A stretch of DNA of 64,000 bases from Octopus sinensis (lineage: Eukaryota), in NCBI RefSeq assembly GCF_006345805.1, contig NC_043013.1:28086001-28150000 (forward strand), in the 5' to 3' direction. Made by a program: the position numbers and the translations under genes. Below, piece after piece: positions 49,426-63,028 of this stretch (positions are counted from its first letter, which is position 1; every line of letters begins with the position of its first letter). The notes under the pieces were generated by a model. That model searched no databases and was not told where the DNA came from. It was given only the letters and a program-made list of their open reading frames with translations.

Positions 49426-50586
49426 TGTGAACCAACACATGATTCATCATCATTACTGACAAGGGAGCAAACATTCAGAACTACAATCATGACCAGAATT
49501 AAAAAAAAAAAAATTATGTAATTGCTCAAATTTGCAGATCAATACAACCCATCCAATCAAACAGTGACAAAGCAAATATCTCAGATAGTAAAAAAAAAAT
49601 TATTAATAATAATAAATGTACAAATCATTCTTTTACTATTTTTCAATCATCATTTTGTAATAATTGAAAGATCAAAAGGATTTTTAAAAGAAGAAACGAA
49701 TTTAAGAGATAAAAGAAAAAAAGAAAATCTCATACTGGCTATTTTTATGAAAAGAATTGGGTCATCGCTAGAATTATTATAAATTGCTTAAGTGACAACT
49801 GACAAATGAAATGATTTCAAATAACATGAGCTCAGACTGAACACAGTATTAGATTATACTTATTAAATTAACCAATCCTTAATTTAAGATGTAGATATCT
49901 TATAGCTATGTAACTAAATATTTGATAAATGCTCCACACCAAAGAGAATTCTGCATATTAACAAATTACTTTAATGTACAGTGTCACCACTGAATTGCAG
50001 CTGGTCAGGTTGAATAGGGTATCATCTGATCATTCATTGGTTGATGAGTAAGATAGTAGTACACTATCAGATTGTCATCAGTGCTTGCGCTGTGTCTACG
50101 ACCAAGATAGTAATCTCTCAGAGCACTGAGACACTCTCCTGCCTTCCTCTGTCAGTAAATAGGTATTTCAAGGTTCAAGGATAAGTGTTCAGCTACACAA
50201 AATGAATAATGAAAAAATCACTGAATATTTGATAAAGTGATTCATTAGCTTGCAGTGCTGAGTTCAATTTACACCATAATAACTCTGGAGATGAAAAGGG
50301 CTTTGCTGATTATTAACACCAACACTGACAAATCTACAGAATCTGGAAATTAGACAATAATTACAAGAATTTTAAAGCTCATCAGAAACCCCACAAAAGC
50401 AGCATTTCACAGTCCCATCATCCTGTTATGTGCATACACAGACATTCTAGAAAATTTTACCTTTGTTATCCTCAAACCATGCATTCCACTTTCCGACTGA
50501 CAATGTGGAATTTAGCACCTGGCACTGTTGTGTGGTTTTTACATGTCGACCACATTATTGCTAATGACAAGGTGTGTGTATTGTGT

Positions 50587-50625
<39 letters not shown>

Positions 50626-50761
50626 TGTGGTGTGTGTGTGTGTGTGTGTGCATGCATGTGTTGTGTGTGTGTATGTAGTCAAAATATGTTATTACAACCA
50701 CCTCAAAGGTATGTTGATGGTATTATTTAATGGTTCAAATACATTTCATGAACTTTCATAC

Positions 50762-51035
50762 AGGCCTGGCTGAGTGATAAGAAGTTTGCTTCCCAACCAC
50801 ATGGTTCTGGGTTCAGTCCCACTGCATGGCACCTTGGGCAAATGTCTTCTGTTATAGCCTCAAGATGACCAAAGCCTTGTAAGTGAATTTGGAAGACAGA
50901 AACTGAAAGAAGCCTGTTGCGTGTGTGTGTGTCTTTGTGTTTGTCCCACCATCACCACTTGACAACTGGTTTTGGTTTGTTTACATCCCTGGAACTTAGC
51001 AGTTCAGCGAAAAAGCCCAATAGAGTAAGTACAAA
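50762..51035 (+). mobile_element. Family A SINE
   Basis: ggttctgggttcagtcccactgcatggcaccttgggcaaatgtc. Confidence 0.85.
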
Positions 51036-51179
51036 CTTAAAATAATGCATGATTAATCCAAAACAATGTGAATAAATAAGCATTACATATGATAGAATAA
51101 GAGAGATGGATAGATGGATAGATGACACAGATAGATAAGCATGTGCATGTGATATGGTACTGTCTTCTTGCTTTGCTTT

Positions 51180-51410
51180 TAATTCATGTGATAGTCACAA
51201 ACAAGCATCACTTTCATGCAAGGGATTTCCATTTCTAATCTTCCATAAAAACATATCAAGTCATGTTTGGAAAGTATACCTTGTTTGGAAACACGGGAGG
51301 GTTGATGACAGGAAGAGCATCTGGCTGTAGAATATCTGCCTCGACAAATTCCATCCAACCCATGCAAGCATGGAATGGTGGATGTTAAAATAATGATGAT
51401 GATGATGATT
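51180..51410 (+). mobile_element. Family C-type tail
   Basis: gacaggaagagcatctggctgtagaatatctgcc..gatgatgatgatg. Confidence 0.75.
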
Positions 51411-51683
51411 ATGGAATATTGTGAGAGTATTGATATCAGGGAGTTGCTACTTCAGTATTAATATCAGTCATTGACCTTAAGCAGGTCACTGAGATTTCAC
51501 ATAGAAAGTCTATAATAGTATTTGAAATGTAACAGATATTGTCAATTTAGATTTTTCAAGAAATGTGTTGCTTGGTGCGTGCGCACACACACACACACAC
51601 ACACAAAACTCTTTTGAATTTTGAACATCTCCCAATAACATGGAGATACCTTTGAGATTGCTGAAATTACATGTTATGACCAT

Positions 51684-51768
<85 letters not shown>

Positions 51769-52713
51769 ACACACACACACACACTTTCTCACTGGCAATA
51801 ATGTGCTTCACTTGTTCAAAAAAATAAAACTGCACAACCGCATTAGGTGCTAAATTAATCAATATTTCCACTCAGAGAGTAGCCATTTTGAAATGTCATT
51901 AAAAAAAAAAGTTCTCTGAAAGATGGGGGTTTTTTTATGAGAAAAAAATTTCCCCCCATTTTTTTGGCATATTTTGAATCTCTGATGTTTAAAGCATAAA
52001 AATCCAATGACATTTTTTGTTTAAAAAAAAAAGTATAATAAAAACAAAGAGAAAGGTGCATGGTCCAGAACTCCACCCTACATATAACCATTGTTATACT
52101 GTTCTCACAAAAAAATAATACGTGGCGTTTTCAACAATGAAAGACACCCACCCACAACTTATACCATTCCAAGTGCCATCAGTGTCAGCAATGCTATTGC
52201 GTTCATTCTCCACTACCGACTGATAAACAAAATATTAAACGCCTCCTTAAAAAAATAACACAAAAGGTTGACTGTCAAACCCTCTCCTTAGGTCACCAAG
52301 CCTATATATAGAGTATAATAACAACATATCTAGAATCTGTAATTTCCTTAATTGAAAAGTACTGAAAGAATTCATCCTCTTAGTCACTCTTTTTAACTTG
52401 TATCATCTATATGACCTTTCTATGTCCTCAAAAATTAAATAAATAAAATATAAAAAAATGAAACAAAAAAGCCATACACGCAGAACCTTATATATATACA
52501 TGACTTCATAGTTGCCTTCTTTCACTATTCATCAGGCAGGAGACACTGCTGCACAACTGTTTCAACATTAGAAACCAGATTCTAATCAAATAGGCTACCA
52601 GAAACACCTATGAAATTCACCATCTCCTTTCTTACCAGCAACACCAAAGGAGATTAAATACAGCTAAACATATCACATAAACACTAAAAACAAAAACACT
52701 AGGAATCAACAGT

Positions 52714-53065
52714 GAAGGTGCATGGCTCAGTGGTTAGAGCATCAGGCTCACAATCACGAGGCAGTGAGTTCAATTCGCGGACTAGGCTCTGTGTTGTGTT
52801 CTTGAGCAAGACACTTTATTTCATGTCACTCCAGTTCACTCAGCTGTAGAAATGGGTTGCAATGTCACTGGTGCCAAGCTATATCAACCTTTGCCATTCC
52901 CTTGGATAACATTAGTGGTGTGGAGTGGGGAGAGGGACTGATATGCATGTGTGACTGTTGGTCTTCGATAAACAACCTTGCCCAGATTTGTGCATTGGAG
53001 GGGAACTTTCTAGGTGCAATCCCATGGCCATTCATGGCCAAAGGAAGGCGATCTTTACCCTTTTA
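52714..53065 (+). mobile_element. Family D SINE, full length
   Basis: A box TGGCTCAGTGG, B box gagttcaattcgc, core gtgttcttgagcaagacactt. Confidence 0.9.
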
Positions 53066-53717
53066 GTAATTAACAACAACACTACACTATCCACACCACA
53101 CATACTAGACATATAAAGAAAGTATAACAAAGCCCAATTACTAGTAAAAGTATTAATATACACCACATGTGGCCAAAACAAAGAAACAACAATAATATAT
53201 AGTATAAACATATATTAAAATATCAAAGACTTCCATATTTTCTGGTATACAAATCAAATTTTTCAGGCCAAAATTTACAGTAAAAAAAAGGTAGATTGAT
53301 TTATACACCAAGAAGACTTTGGAGGAAAAAAGTTGTAGGATTTGGAAAGATAGTGACACTGTTTGAATGTTTACACTATAAAGTATGTTGTCTTGTATAC
53401 CAATCCTGCTTTTTGCTCAACTTTTCCTCAACAAAATACAACAAATTATAGAAAATAGTGAAACTTCACCTCATCTCATTGTTGCACGCAGGTTGCATCT
53501 GCCATGAAACAAAAGTACTCAAAATGAAACCAAATTTGAGCATCCAAGGGCAAAATGAATCCCCAAAGTCATTGAAATTGTATGTTCAGTCACCCACTAG
53601 AACACTACAACACCATATTGAAACACACTGTTCTCTTTGTTCAATCAGTATTATTGATCGGAATACACAACAGCAACAATAACACAAAGCCAGATAGTCT
53701 TGTAATTCAAAGACACC

Positions 53718-54008
53718 CCCCCTCCACTTTGGTCATGAATGCCCATAGGATTACCCAAGAAAGTTCCTTTCTGAGGCACAAGTCTGGGCAACATTGTTTG
53801 TGGAATACCAGCAATCACTCATGCATACCACTATAGCTTGGCACCAGTGACATCACAAGCCATTTCTACAGCTGAGTGAAATAGAACATGTGTGAAATAA
53901 AGTGTCTTGCTCAAGAACACAACACACAGCCTGGTCCATCCAGGAATCAAACTCACAGTCTCACAATTCTAAGCCTGCTGCTCTAACCACTGAGCCATGT
54001 GCCTTCAC
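53718..54008 (-). mobile_element. Family D SINE, inverted relative to 52714-53065
   Basis: Reverse-complement homology including ctctaaccactgagccatgtgccttc head; internal deletion. Confidence 0.85.
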
Positions 54009-55403
54009 ACAGCAACTCAAATAATCAGTTAAAATGCAAAGAAATACTCTCTGCCTTGTCTGAATAATTTCTTTGTTATATGAAAAAACTAAATTAAAGA
54101 TTCTGAAGGAAAATCATCACTATCATCAGAAGTAGTGTGTAGTCTCATTTCTCAATGTTCTGAATTCAAACCGTACAAATGAAGGCTTTACCTGTTATTC
54201 CAAACAGAGGTTGATATAGTAAATAAACTAGTCAAGTACAAGAGTAGATTCAATTAATTGTTATCTTTTCTCTTAACCATCTGTGATTTGTACCACTGCA
54301 AGAAATCACAAGTAGAAAAAAAAAGACAAAAAAAAGGCAAAAAAACCCAGTAGTTTCAGAACTGTTTTTGAATTTCATTCTAGCAGATGTCAGAATAGCT
54401 CGTCTCTTGTCTACTTTAGATTCCATATTTCATTATCCCATGTCATTTCAAAGAGCAACCTTAACATTGAAGATCTGACAAATGTAATTAATTATAAGTT
54501 TTCTTTTTTTGCATATATTCTTCTCATCATTTATTATCTTTCACAGCCGTATGTCCATATCAATGCAGCCACCCTTCTCTGTTTTCTATACACCAATATG
54601 CAGATATGTGACTTATATGAATAACAACCACTTCCATAAAAAGTTACCACTAATCAGCAGAAAGACCAAAGACATGGGAAGAAGTGAATGCAGCATGAGC
54701 TGAGAGTATTCAGTGCCACATATAGGAGGATGCTTAATTGTGAAGAACGACAAATGTGTTTTGCTATATAAAGTTGGGTAACCCATGCCAGTATGAGAAA
54801 AAATTGGATATGACAATATCCCCACAAATTTCATAAGCTAAGGTATATTGTGCTGACACTGACATCAAGATATCACTCTCTGCACAATTAAATATATATT
54901 AAAATCATTGCTTGCTATGTGTACAGTGAAAACTATGGAAATTTTCTTCAGCTGGGATTTGAGTTGATCTGTGTATTGAGATCTACATAAATTCAGAACA
55001 TTAGCATATGAAGCTATCATCACCACCACCACCATCACCACCCACCACTCCTAAATCAAAACAACACCAAAATCATTGTCAGTAATTAATGCATAGTTTT
55101 ACAATTAGAATAATGGTGATGGGGTCAGCTGAAAAGAAAGTTACAATGTCTTGGGAAGTGAAAATAAATCAAATCACAAGAACATACATACAGCTTGAAA
55201 CTCCATATGTTTGAAAGAGAAAAGTGGGTAGCATCGAAGAAATGTGTGTCTGAGTGTCTGTGTGTGGTACCTGCATATATGTATGTATGTATGTATAATT
55301 GTGAAATATTCACAATGAAAATTGAAAAGAAATATAAGAAAGCATATTTATTTAAATACATTTCTATTTGAAATGTTATCTCACATACACATTAACACAC
55401 ACA

Positions 55404-55444
<41 letters not shown>

Positions 55445-55934
55445 TAAAATTTTCAAATACAAAAATAAGAAATAAAATAGCTTGCTTCTAAACAATGTTC
55501 TGATCTCTTCTTATGATAAAGCAAATACTGAGCAATGTTACCATAATCTGGCCATTCAATTTTCAGAGATAATTATTTAATTAAAAATTTTCCTAACAAA
55601 GAACTGTACAAACTATTCATATATATTTAGCTTGTCAGGATTCCAAAATAAAAATTAAACAACCGATAAATAGATAAATAAATAAATAAGAGAAAACCAA
55701 CAAGAAAACAACAGAAAAAAAGACTGAAAGTAGAAATAATACTTGTTTTCTAATAGAGTGGGTTAGTAATATGTGTAATATTATCTGTAATTCAAATACA
55801 GGAATATAAATGAATACACTTCAAATAAATTATCATAACATTTTACAACTGCACACATATATTTATACATGCACACTTAAACAAATATGCAAAAAAAAAA
55901 AGAAAAAATATAAGGAAAAAAATTATTTTTATTC

Positions 55935-56200
55935 ATGAAGAATTTTAAAGGATTTTATTGATGCAGTAGGAGGTACCGTTCCATAACAGCATTTTATTGT
56001 TGAAGAAGCAAGATTATTTTGGAAACCAATATCTAATCAAATCTCTGTAGAAACTAAAGAGACTGTTGTGCCAGAATATCAGACAGCTGAAGGCCAATTA
56101 AGATCACTTTGAAACGAAAAAGAAAATGCTACCGATGATTTTAAACTCATCTTTGTTAATTTATCACTCTGAGATATTCCAAGCAATTGGTTGGCTACAT
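55935..56200 (+). pseudogene. Fossil Tigger/pogo DDE_1 transposase fragment
   Basis: Translates IDAVGGTVP*QHFIVEEARLFWKPISNQISVETKETVVPEYQTAEGQLRSL*NEKENATDDFKLIFV then frameshift YHSE; parallels Tigger FNVDETGLFWK..N..GDFKLKP..IYHSENP. Confidence 0.7.
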
Positions 56201-57269
56201 TAAAAGGAAATGCACAGAAACTTGGCACTTAAACAAAAAGGAAAGTAAAAATATAAAACAAGAAAAAGGAAAAAGTAGTTAACAAGGAATCAACTCTCAG
56301 ATTGGTTTATATAGGATTTTTGTCAAACTGAGCAAAAATGCTGCCAGGAAAACAAAACTGAATATAATAAGATATTATATTTTTTCAAAAGTCAATAATA
56401 GTACATGTTAGCATCTGAATAATGCTATGAAAGGAATTTTATACATATACAACCACTTGACCAATCCAAGAATATAATACCTGCAATTTAATGTGTCAGC
56501 AGCTGCAGATGTTACCAAAATTAGAAGTTGTAAATTCACTTTACAAAAGTAATTAGAAATTTTGATGCAGGCAATGCAATTTTCAAATTTTTCTATTACA
56601 TTAAGATTGAGGGGAAAGGGGAACCAAAAAAAAAAAAAAGAAATAAAGCAAAATAAAACAGAACTAAAATATTCAACGAAAGACAAAAATTAAATAAATC
56701 TGACACATAATCAATAAAACTTAGATGTTTGATCATTTTTAAAGAAACAATGTGGTATTATGCAGGGTCTCCAAGGCAATGTTTTAAAAACAAACGCTCT
56801 TGTAGAAATGCCCATTGTTGTCAACATCATCAATAATTTTACATCTGTTTTCCAATGCTAGCTGTTTGTGCTTCAACTAATTCTCTTCATACTGTCCTCT
56901 ATTTAAACATTCTCCTTCTGTCCAAGTATTCCTGTCACTCTTAATTATTTCACAGAAGCTTTTTTCTTAGTCTACTAAAGCATTAACAATGTTCTTACCA
57001 GCATATCTTATTTGTTCACTCTATTAACATCTAAAACAGACATACATGCTAATGATTACTTCATCAATCAAAATTAATCAGTTTCCATAAATTGCCAATA
57101 TTCATTCAACAAACTATATTCACTACTTCTTTTTTTTATATATATTTTTCTATCACTAAAAACGATTGTTTTCCTTCTTTCAGTTTTATATAGGTGTGTG
57201 TGAGTGTGTGTGTGTGTGTATACACACACACACTTCATTAATATGAATTCATATATATTCACAAGTGCT

Positions 57270-57282
57270 CAGTTGTGTGTGT

Positions 57283-57330
<48 letters not shown>

Positions 57331-57794
57331 CATACACACAAACATAAAAATGAAACATGTCTATTATATGTGTGTATATGTATATATATGTGTGTGTTTA
57401 TATGTGTGAGTGTGCCAGTGCTTTACTCATCATTCATTTATACATTTTGTACAATTTCTCCATTATTATATATATATATATATATAAATATATATATACA
57501 TATATATATGTGTATATATATGTATATATATATATATATTATATATATATTATATATATATATATTATATATATATATATGTATGTGCATGTATATATAT
57601 AAATGTATATATATGTATATATATGTATATATATATACATATGTGTGTATATATGTATATATAATATATATACATATGTGTGTATATATATGTTATATAT
57701 ATATATATGTGTGTATATATATGTATATATATATATACATATGTATATATATATATATAGATATATATATATATATATATATACACATATGTGC

Positions 57795-57829
<35 letters not shown>

Positions 57830-57861
57830 TGTATATGTATATATATGTATGTATATATATG

Positions 57862-57896
<35 letters not shown>

Positions 57897-57945
57897 GTGT
57901 ATATATATATATATGTTATATATATATGTGTATATATATATATAT

Positions 57946-58020
<75 letters not shown>

Positions 58021-58200
58021 ATATATGTACATATATATGTATGTGCATGTATATATATAAATGTATATATATGTATGTGTATCTATGCAAGTATGTGAGG
58101 GCGTGTGTGTGTGTACATATATGTGCATGTGTGTGAGTGTGTGTGCATGAATACACACACACACACACACACACACACACGTACATATGCATATGTCCAC
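57270..58200. repeat. Compound (TA)n/(TATG)n array of about 930 bp
   Basis: Directly visible; explains the poly-Tyr/Ile ORFs 57265-58200. Confidence 0.97.
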
Positions 58201-59179
58201 AACATGAATATTAGTTCATTGTAATTCCATCAGACATTTAGTCACCTCAAAAGTTTGTTTTGTTATATCTTTCTTTTCCTTTGTTTGTTTCTAGCAAGAA
58301 TGAAAATTAAAATTTCTTTTTATCACTTTTTTTTTCTTATTTTCCTTCTTTGGTTTGAAATTTGCAAATTGCTAAGGTCAATATGTTTTCATGAAATGAA
58401 ATCAGAACAAAGGATACAAAAAAAAATTTTAAATATAAATTAAGCTAAAATTGAAATTTTAACTCGTATTGAAATTCAATAAAAACATAAATTTTCCTAT
58501 CAATTCAAATCTAAATTTCATCTTTTTCCCAATTTTTTTTTACTTTTGAATATATTGATCAGTGTTAAATTTGAATTTCAGTTTACAGAATGTTTTCAAT
58601 TTGACTTGCACTTCTAAATTTTAAGTTTTAGAAGACATCTGTTATATCAACTTAAATTTTCAAACTGAAGAACAAAAAAACAAAAAACTCAAATCAAAAT
58701 ATCAACTCCTAGTTCACTATAAAGTGGATAGAATTCTGTGGAAACACAGCCTGCTTTAACAATACAGTCTAAAAAACAACCTTCTAAAATGACCATACAA
58801 AAATTAGACAAATCTACTTAAGTGGATGTGATAGTGTACAGAAACAAAAGTGCAATGAAGCAAAGGACAAAGGACTAGAAGAGAAAAAGTGAGCTAACAA
58901 TGCCAGTATTTAACACACTGGTCAATGTTGTAAAAACTGACAGCAGTAGTATTGATGTTTAAAGCATTAAACAAGGACATATGCTGGATCAAAAAAGTTA
59001 ATAAAGGAGTATACAAGGAGGAGATAAATGAAGGGTGGGATGTATTGATGGTTTAAAGCAAATATTCATGAGTTCAGTTTCACTGCTGAAATTTTCAAAA
59101 TCAGAGCCAGACCCATTGAGCTGATTCCAAAATGAAAGCAAATAAATAAAAATAGACAAGAGAAACCAATATCAAAATA

Positions 59180-59375
59180 ATTGTTTCAAATTTTGGCACA
59201 AGGCCAGCAATTAGTGAGGGACCCCCAGTACTCAACTGGTACCTATATTATCCATCCCAAAAGGATGACAGGCAAAGTTGACCATGGCAGAATTTGAACT
59301 GAGAACTTAAAGAGTTGGAAAAAATACCACTAAGTATTTCGTACAATGTACAAGCAATTCTGTCAGCTCGCTGCC
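59180..59375 (-). mobile_element. Family B SINE
   Basis: aaaaggatgacaggcaaagttgacc..ctgtcagctcgctgcctt. Confidence 0.8.
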
Positions 59376-60360
59376 TTTAAGCAAGAAACCGGAAAGAATG
59401 TAGTCTGTAATTACCAAGTTGGTCAATCCTTTCACAGCAAACATTAAAATAATGTCACTTCAGTTGCTTTCATAGTAGAAAAAATTAATAGAAAAAAATG
59501 ACATCACCTCAGCACAGATAGACATCAAAGAACCAATGATTAATTTTAGTTTCATAACATTAAAAGAATGAGACATAAATTTCCACTAGCAGGAGAGGCT
59601 CTCAATCTATCTCAAGTAACATTTCTAGATGATCTGATACCTCTTCTGACAGCTCAAGGGAACTAAAGCAATGAAGAATTAAATGTTCTTAAAAACACCA
59701 ACAGTGAATTTGAACTTGAAACCCTTAGAGCTGACAGTCAAATATCATATCTACTAGTTCATTCTGTGACTATTGGTCTTGAATATGACAAATATGAGTC
59801 AGTTAGAGATTGGTACCTTTTAGAAGATGATCAAAATGGAATATGCAGAATGAAGCAGGGATATGGATTTAGGGAGATGATTAATGTACCACATTAACAG
59901 ACATAATATAAATAGTAAAAAGCAGAAAGATTAGTCTAATTCAGAGAAAGGAATTCTATTCTACAGTGGATCTCAAAGTGTCAATGACTGAAGTATCTGC
60001 CATTCAAATTGTATTCTACTTATACCTAACATTCAGAATTCAAAACAACTTGAATCAATAGGTTGTTGGTTTCACTGGGGTCAAAGGATAAGCAATTCAT
60101 ACTGCATTAACAGTAACATCATATCTTTCACATCAAGATGCTTACCTCTGAAAGGCCCAAGAGCTATATACAGGTACTTCAAAGTAAATTGGAATTTTTT
60201 TTCACCTTAGTAATACTGTAGCATAGGCACATTAGCATTGATTATTGGAGAAAGTAATTTTATGGTCCAAATTGCTATTTCCAAGTTTATAACTTAAGCT
60301 TAAAATATGACTTGAAGGTAGATCAAAGCAGGTTGAGCAGGTTTGCCAATGGACAGAAGT

Positions 60361-60600
60361 CATCATCATCATTTAGCATCTGTTTTCCATGCTGGCATGG
60401 GTTGGATGGTTTGACTGAAAATGGTAAGCGGGAGAGCTGCACCAGGTTCCAATCTGATTTGTTATGGTTTCTATAGCTGGATGCCCTTCTTAATATCAAC
60501 CATTCTAAGAGTGTAGTAGGTGCTTTTTACATACCACTGGCATGGGTGCCAGTTACGTGACAGTGGCATCAGCCATGACTACAATTTCACTTAGGTTGAT
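60361..60600 (-). mobile_element. Family C retroposon
   Basis: catcatcatc..ttccatgctggcatgggttggatgg..gctggatgcccttc. Confidence 0.8.
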
Positions 60601-62608
60601 GGGTCTTAAACTATAATATTCTAGTAATTCTTTAATATTGACAACAAAATTAAAGATAAAATAAGTACATCAATTTTCCTTCAGAAGGGTTATAATTAAA
60701 TTAGTAGGAGGGAGGAATTGTTTTTGCTTTTTTAGTGTGTTTTTTTGCTTGTTTTTGCTTTTTTTTTTGTATTCATGTTATTGATCATGATAGGATAAAA
60801 AGTGGTGGGATTTGAACTTAAAAAAGAGCAGACAACAAGCACAATATGGGAAAGCATCTTGACACAGCTCTATTATTTCTACTAACTCAATCAACATAGA
60901 AATATCTTCTCTGAACTAAAACTATGGCTGTGACTGAAGAAAATAGAGAATCAAGAATTATATGATTCTTATTTAGAAGATGTAGTTTTAATTCTTGCAG
61001 TTTTACATTCAAATGCGAAAAAGAAAATATTACGAATGCAAATAAAAGAGGGATTGGTGTATAAGCCTATTAGATGGATTACTAAAAGCTGTTCCGAAGA
61101 AAAGTGACCTTGATAAATTAGTTAAAAGGAAATAGTTCAGATGAAATTATTGATTAGTTTGTTATTGAAGTAAGGTTACAAATACTGTTGGCATGTGATA
61201 TAACATCAATCAAGAGAACAAGCTAATTAGAAACAATCATTTAAGACTTCTGAGAGAAGTACTCAAATGGCTATACAAAGCAGAATACATTTCTTAATGT
61301 CTGTTAGCAGATAGCTAGCTAAATTTAATCCTTTGCTATTCTAGCGTTAGGCAGATGAAAGATTTCCCACCTCACCCCAGCCCCACCCCACCACCTTGCA
61401 CAGGGTGCGAGACTAACACAGACACCTGTCTTCTTAGAAAAGGAATGTCACTTATTCCCCACAGATGATGTAGTATTAAATGTCTAAGACATTCAAATGC
61501 CTCCAGTAATATCTTAATATACTAACCATACACTGATAGGACAATATCTGATACACATGGCCATTTGCCTATTTCAATAAAACATGTACTTTTACTAGAA
61601 TTTTATTTCAAAACAGAGATTAATAGTTAAATTCTTTTGAGAAACTTACAGAATTATTTGAGGCTATGCTTAATTTTCGTTTCTATAGAGAAATCTCCCA
61701 TCAAGATAGGATGGCAACCTATCAAAAGTAACATTTCTACACATTCTGGTACCCCTGTTCTTTGGCAAGTCATGCAAACAGAAGAATGCAATGTGGATTT
61801 GAGCTCACAAATTCTTGCACCATGAGTTGGTATTTCAGTGTCATATTCTCTCAACTATTCCACTTCTACAAAACTGATATGCTAATCAATATTTTTTGGT
61901 AGCAGTTAATTGAAAGATGGATACTTGGTTATCATCCATCCATTGTTCAGCATTTTTCAGGTGGAATATATTTTTGCCTTTATTTATCACCAAAAAAGTT
62001 TTATCTATTTATTTATTTATTTATTTTATTTTTATCTAAGGCTGCTGCGCAAGAGTTCCAGAGGAGAGAAATATGAGGTTTATTTCATGGTGTTTCAACA
62101 CAGCATTAGCTATTAAGGTTTCCCCTCTCTAAAACTGGAGTCTATTGAATTCAAACATCAATAAAGAAATGGATGGATTTATCCATTGCACCATCAACAG
62201 TTTTTGTGCACCTCTATACTATTGTTCCATCCATTCAACATATCCAAATTCTAAACACTTTGATGCCACTGTCTCCATCCATTTCATTTGCTTCATTGCT
62301 TGCTTCAGTGTCCACTCTGATATCTCAGAAGCTTGTGAAGCTAAAAATGCCAACAATTTTTTTTTCCTTCTTTTCATAGAAAGTTATTTGGGTATGTATA
62401 CTGGGCAAGATATAAGTTATAAAAAAATATCAAGTACACAGAAAATAAACAAACTATAGAAATACATAAGTTGTGTATATAATTATACAGCAACACAATT
62501 TCTGTAATTCTTAAGCAGTGCAAACAAAGTATATTGAAATACTGATATATATACACGTACGGTAAAATTCCATTTAGTTTTCAGTTATTAATATTTTGGT
62601 TAATATAT

Positions 62609-63002
62609 AGGCACAGGAGTGACTGTGTGGTAAGTAGCTTGCTTACCAACCACATGGTTCTGGGTTCAGTCCCACTGCATGGCACCTTGGGCAAGTGTCT
62701 TCTACTATAGCCTCGGGCTAACCAAAGCCTTATGAGTGGATTTGGTAGACGGAAACTGAAAGAAGCCAGTCATAAATATAAATATATATGTATGTGTGTA
62801 TATGTTTGTGTGTGTTTGTCCCCCAACATCACTTGACAACCAATGCTGGTGTGTTCACATCCCCATAACTTAGCAGTTCGGCATAAGAGACCAATAGAAT
62901 AAGTACTAGGCTTACAAAGAATAAGTCCTGGGTTCAATTTGCTCAACTAAAGGCGGTGCCGCAGCATGGCTGCAGTCAAATAACTGAAACAAGTAAAAGA
63001 AT
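62609..63002 (+). mobile_element. Family A tRNA-derived SINE, full length (reference copy)
   Basis: A box, B box ggttcagtccc, CORE-like gcaccttgggcaagtgtc, (TA/TG)n linker, tail ending actgaaacaagtaaaaga. Confidence 0.92.
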
Positions 63003-63028
63003 ATATTTGGTCGTCCTTTCCATATCGG

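Larger units (their letters stand above)
50488..51880. repeat. Diverged inverted repeat pair (50488-50740 and 51620-51880), each arm with a (GT)n array
   Basis: aatttagcacct..cacattattgc.a.tga.aa.gtgtgtgt and ctcaaaggtat occur on + in the left arm and on - in the right arm. Confidence 0.75.

Noticed and set aside
52714-52800. tRNA gene (A and B boxes; also 15975, 62609, 6948)
   Set aside because: No complete cloverleaf; the boxes continue into multi-copy SINE bodies.
57265-58200. ORFs up to 277 aa rich in Tyr/Ile/Met/Cys (also 10838-11405, 12620-13109, 13555-14142)
   Set aside because: Stop-free reading of TA/TG microsatellites, with no domain content.
58740-59070. Possible degraded RTE C-terminal coding sequence (also 56780-57000 on -)
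   Set aside because: Only scattered residue matches; cannot be told apart from chance by eye.
61654-61854. ORF with PILMGDFS, resembling the APE endonuclease GDFN motif
   Set aside because: A single short motif, with no other APE motifs at the expected spacing.
62145-62350. Minus-strand reading SQASEISEWTLKQAMKQMKWMETVASKCLEFGYVEWMEQ after an AG
   Set aside because: No usable donor, an in-frame stop and no recognisable family.
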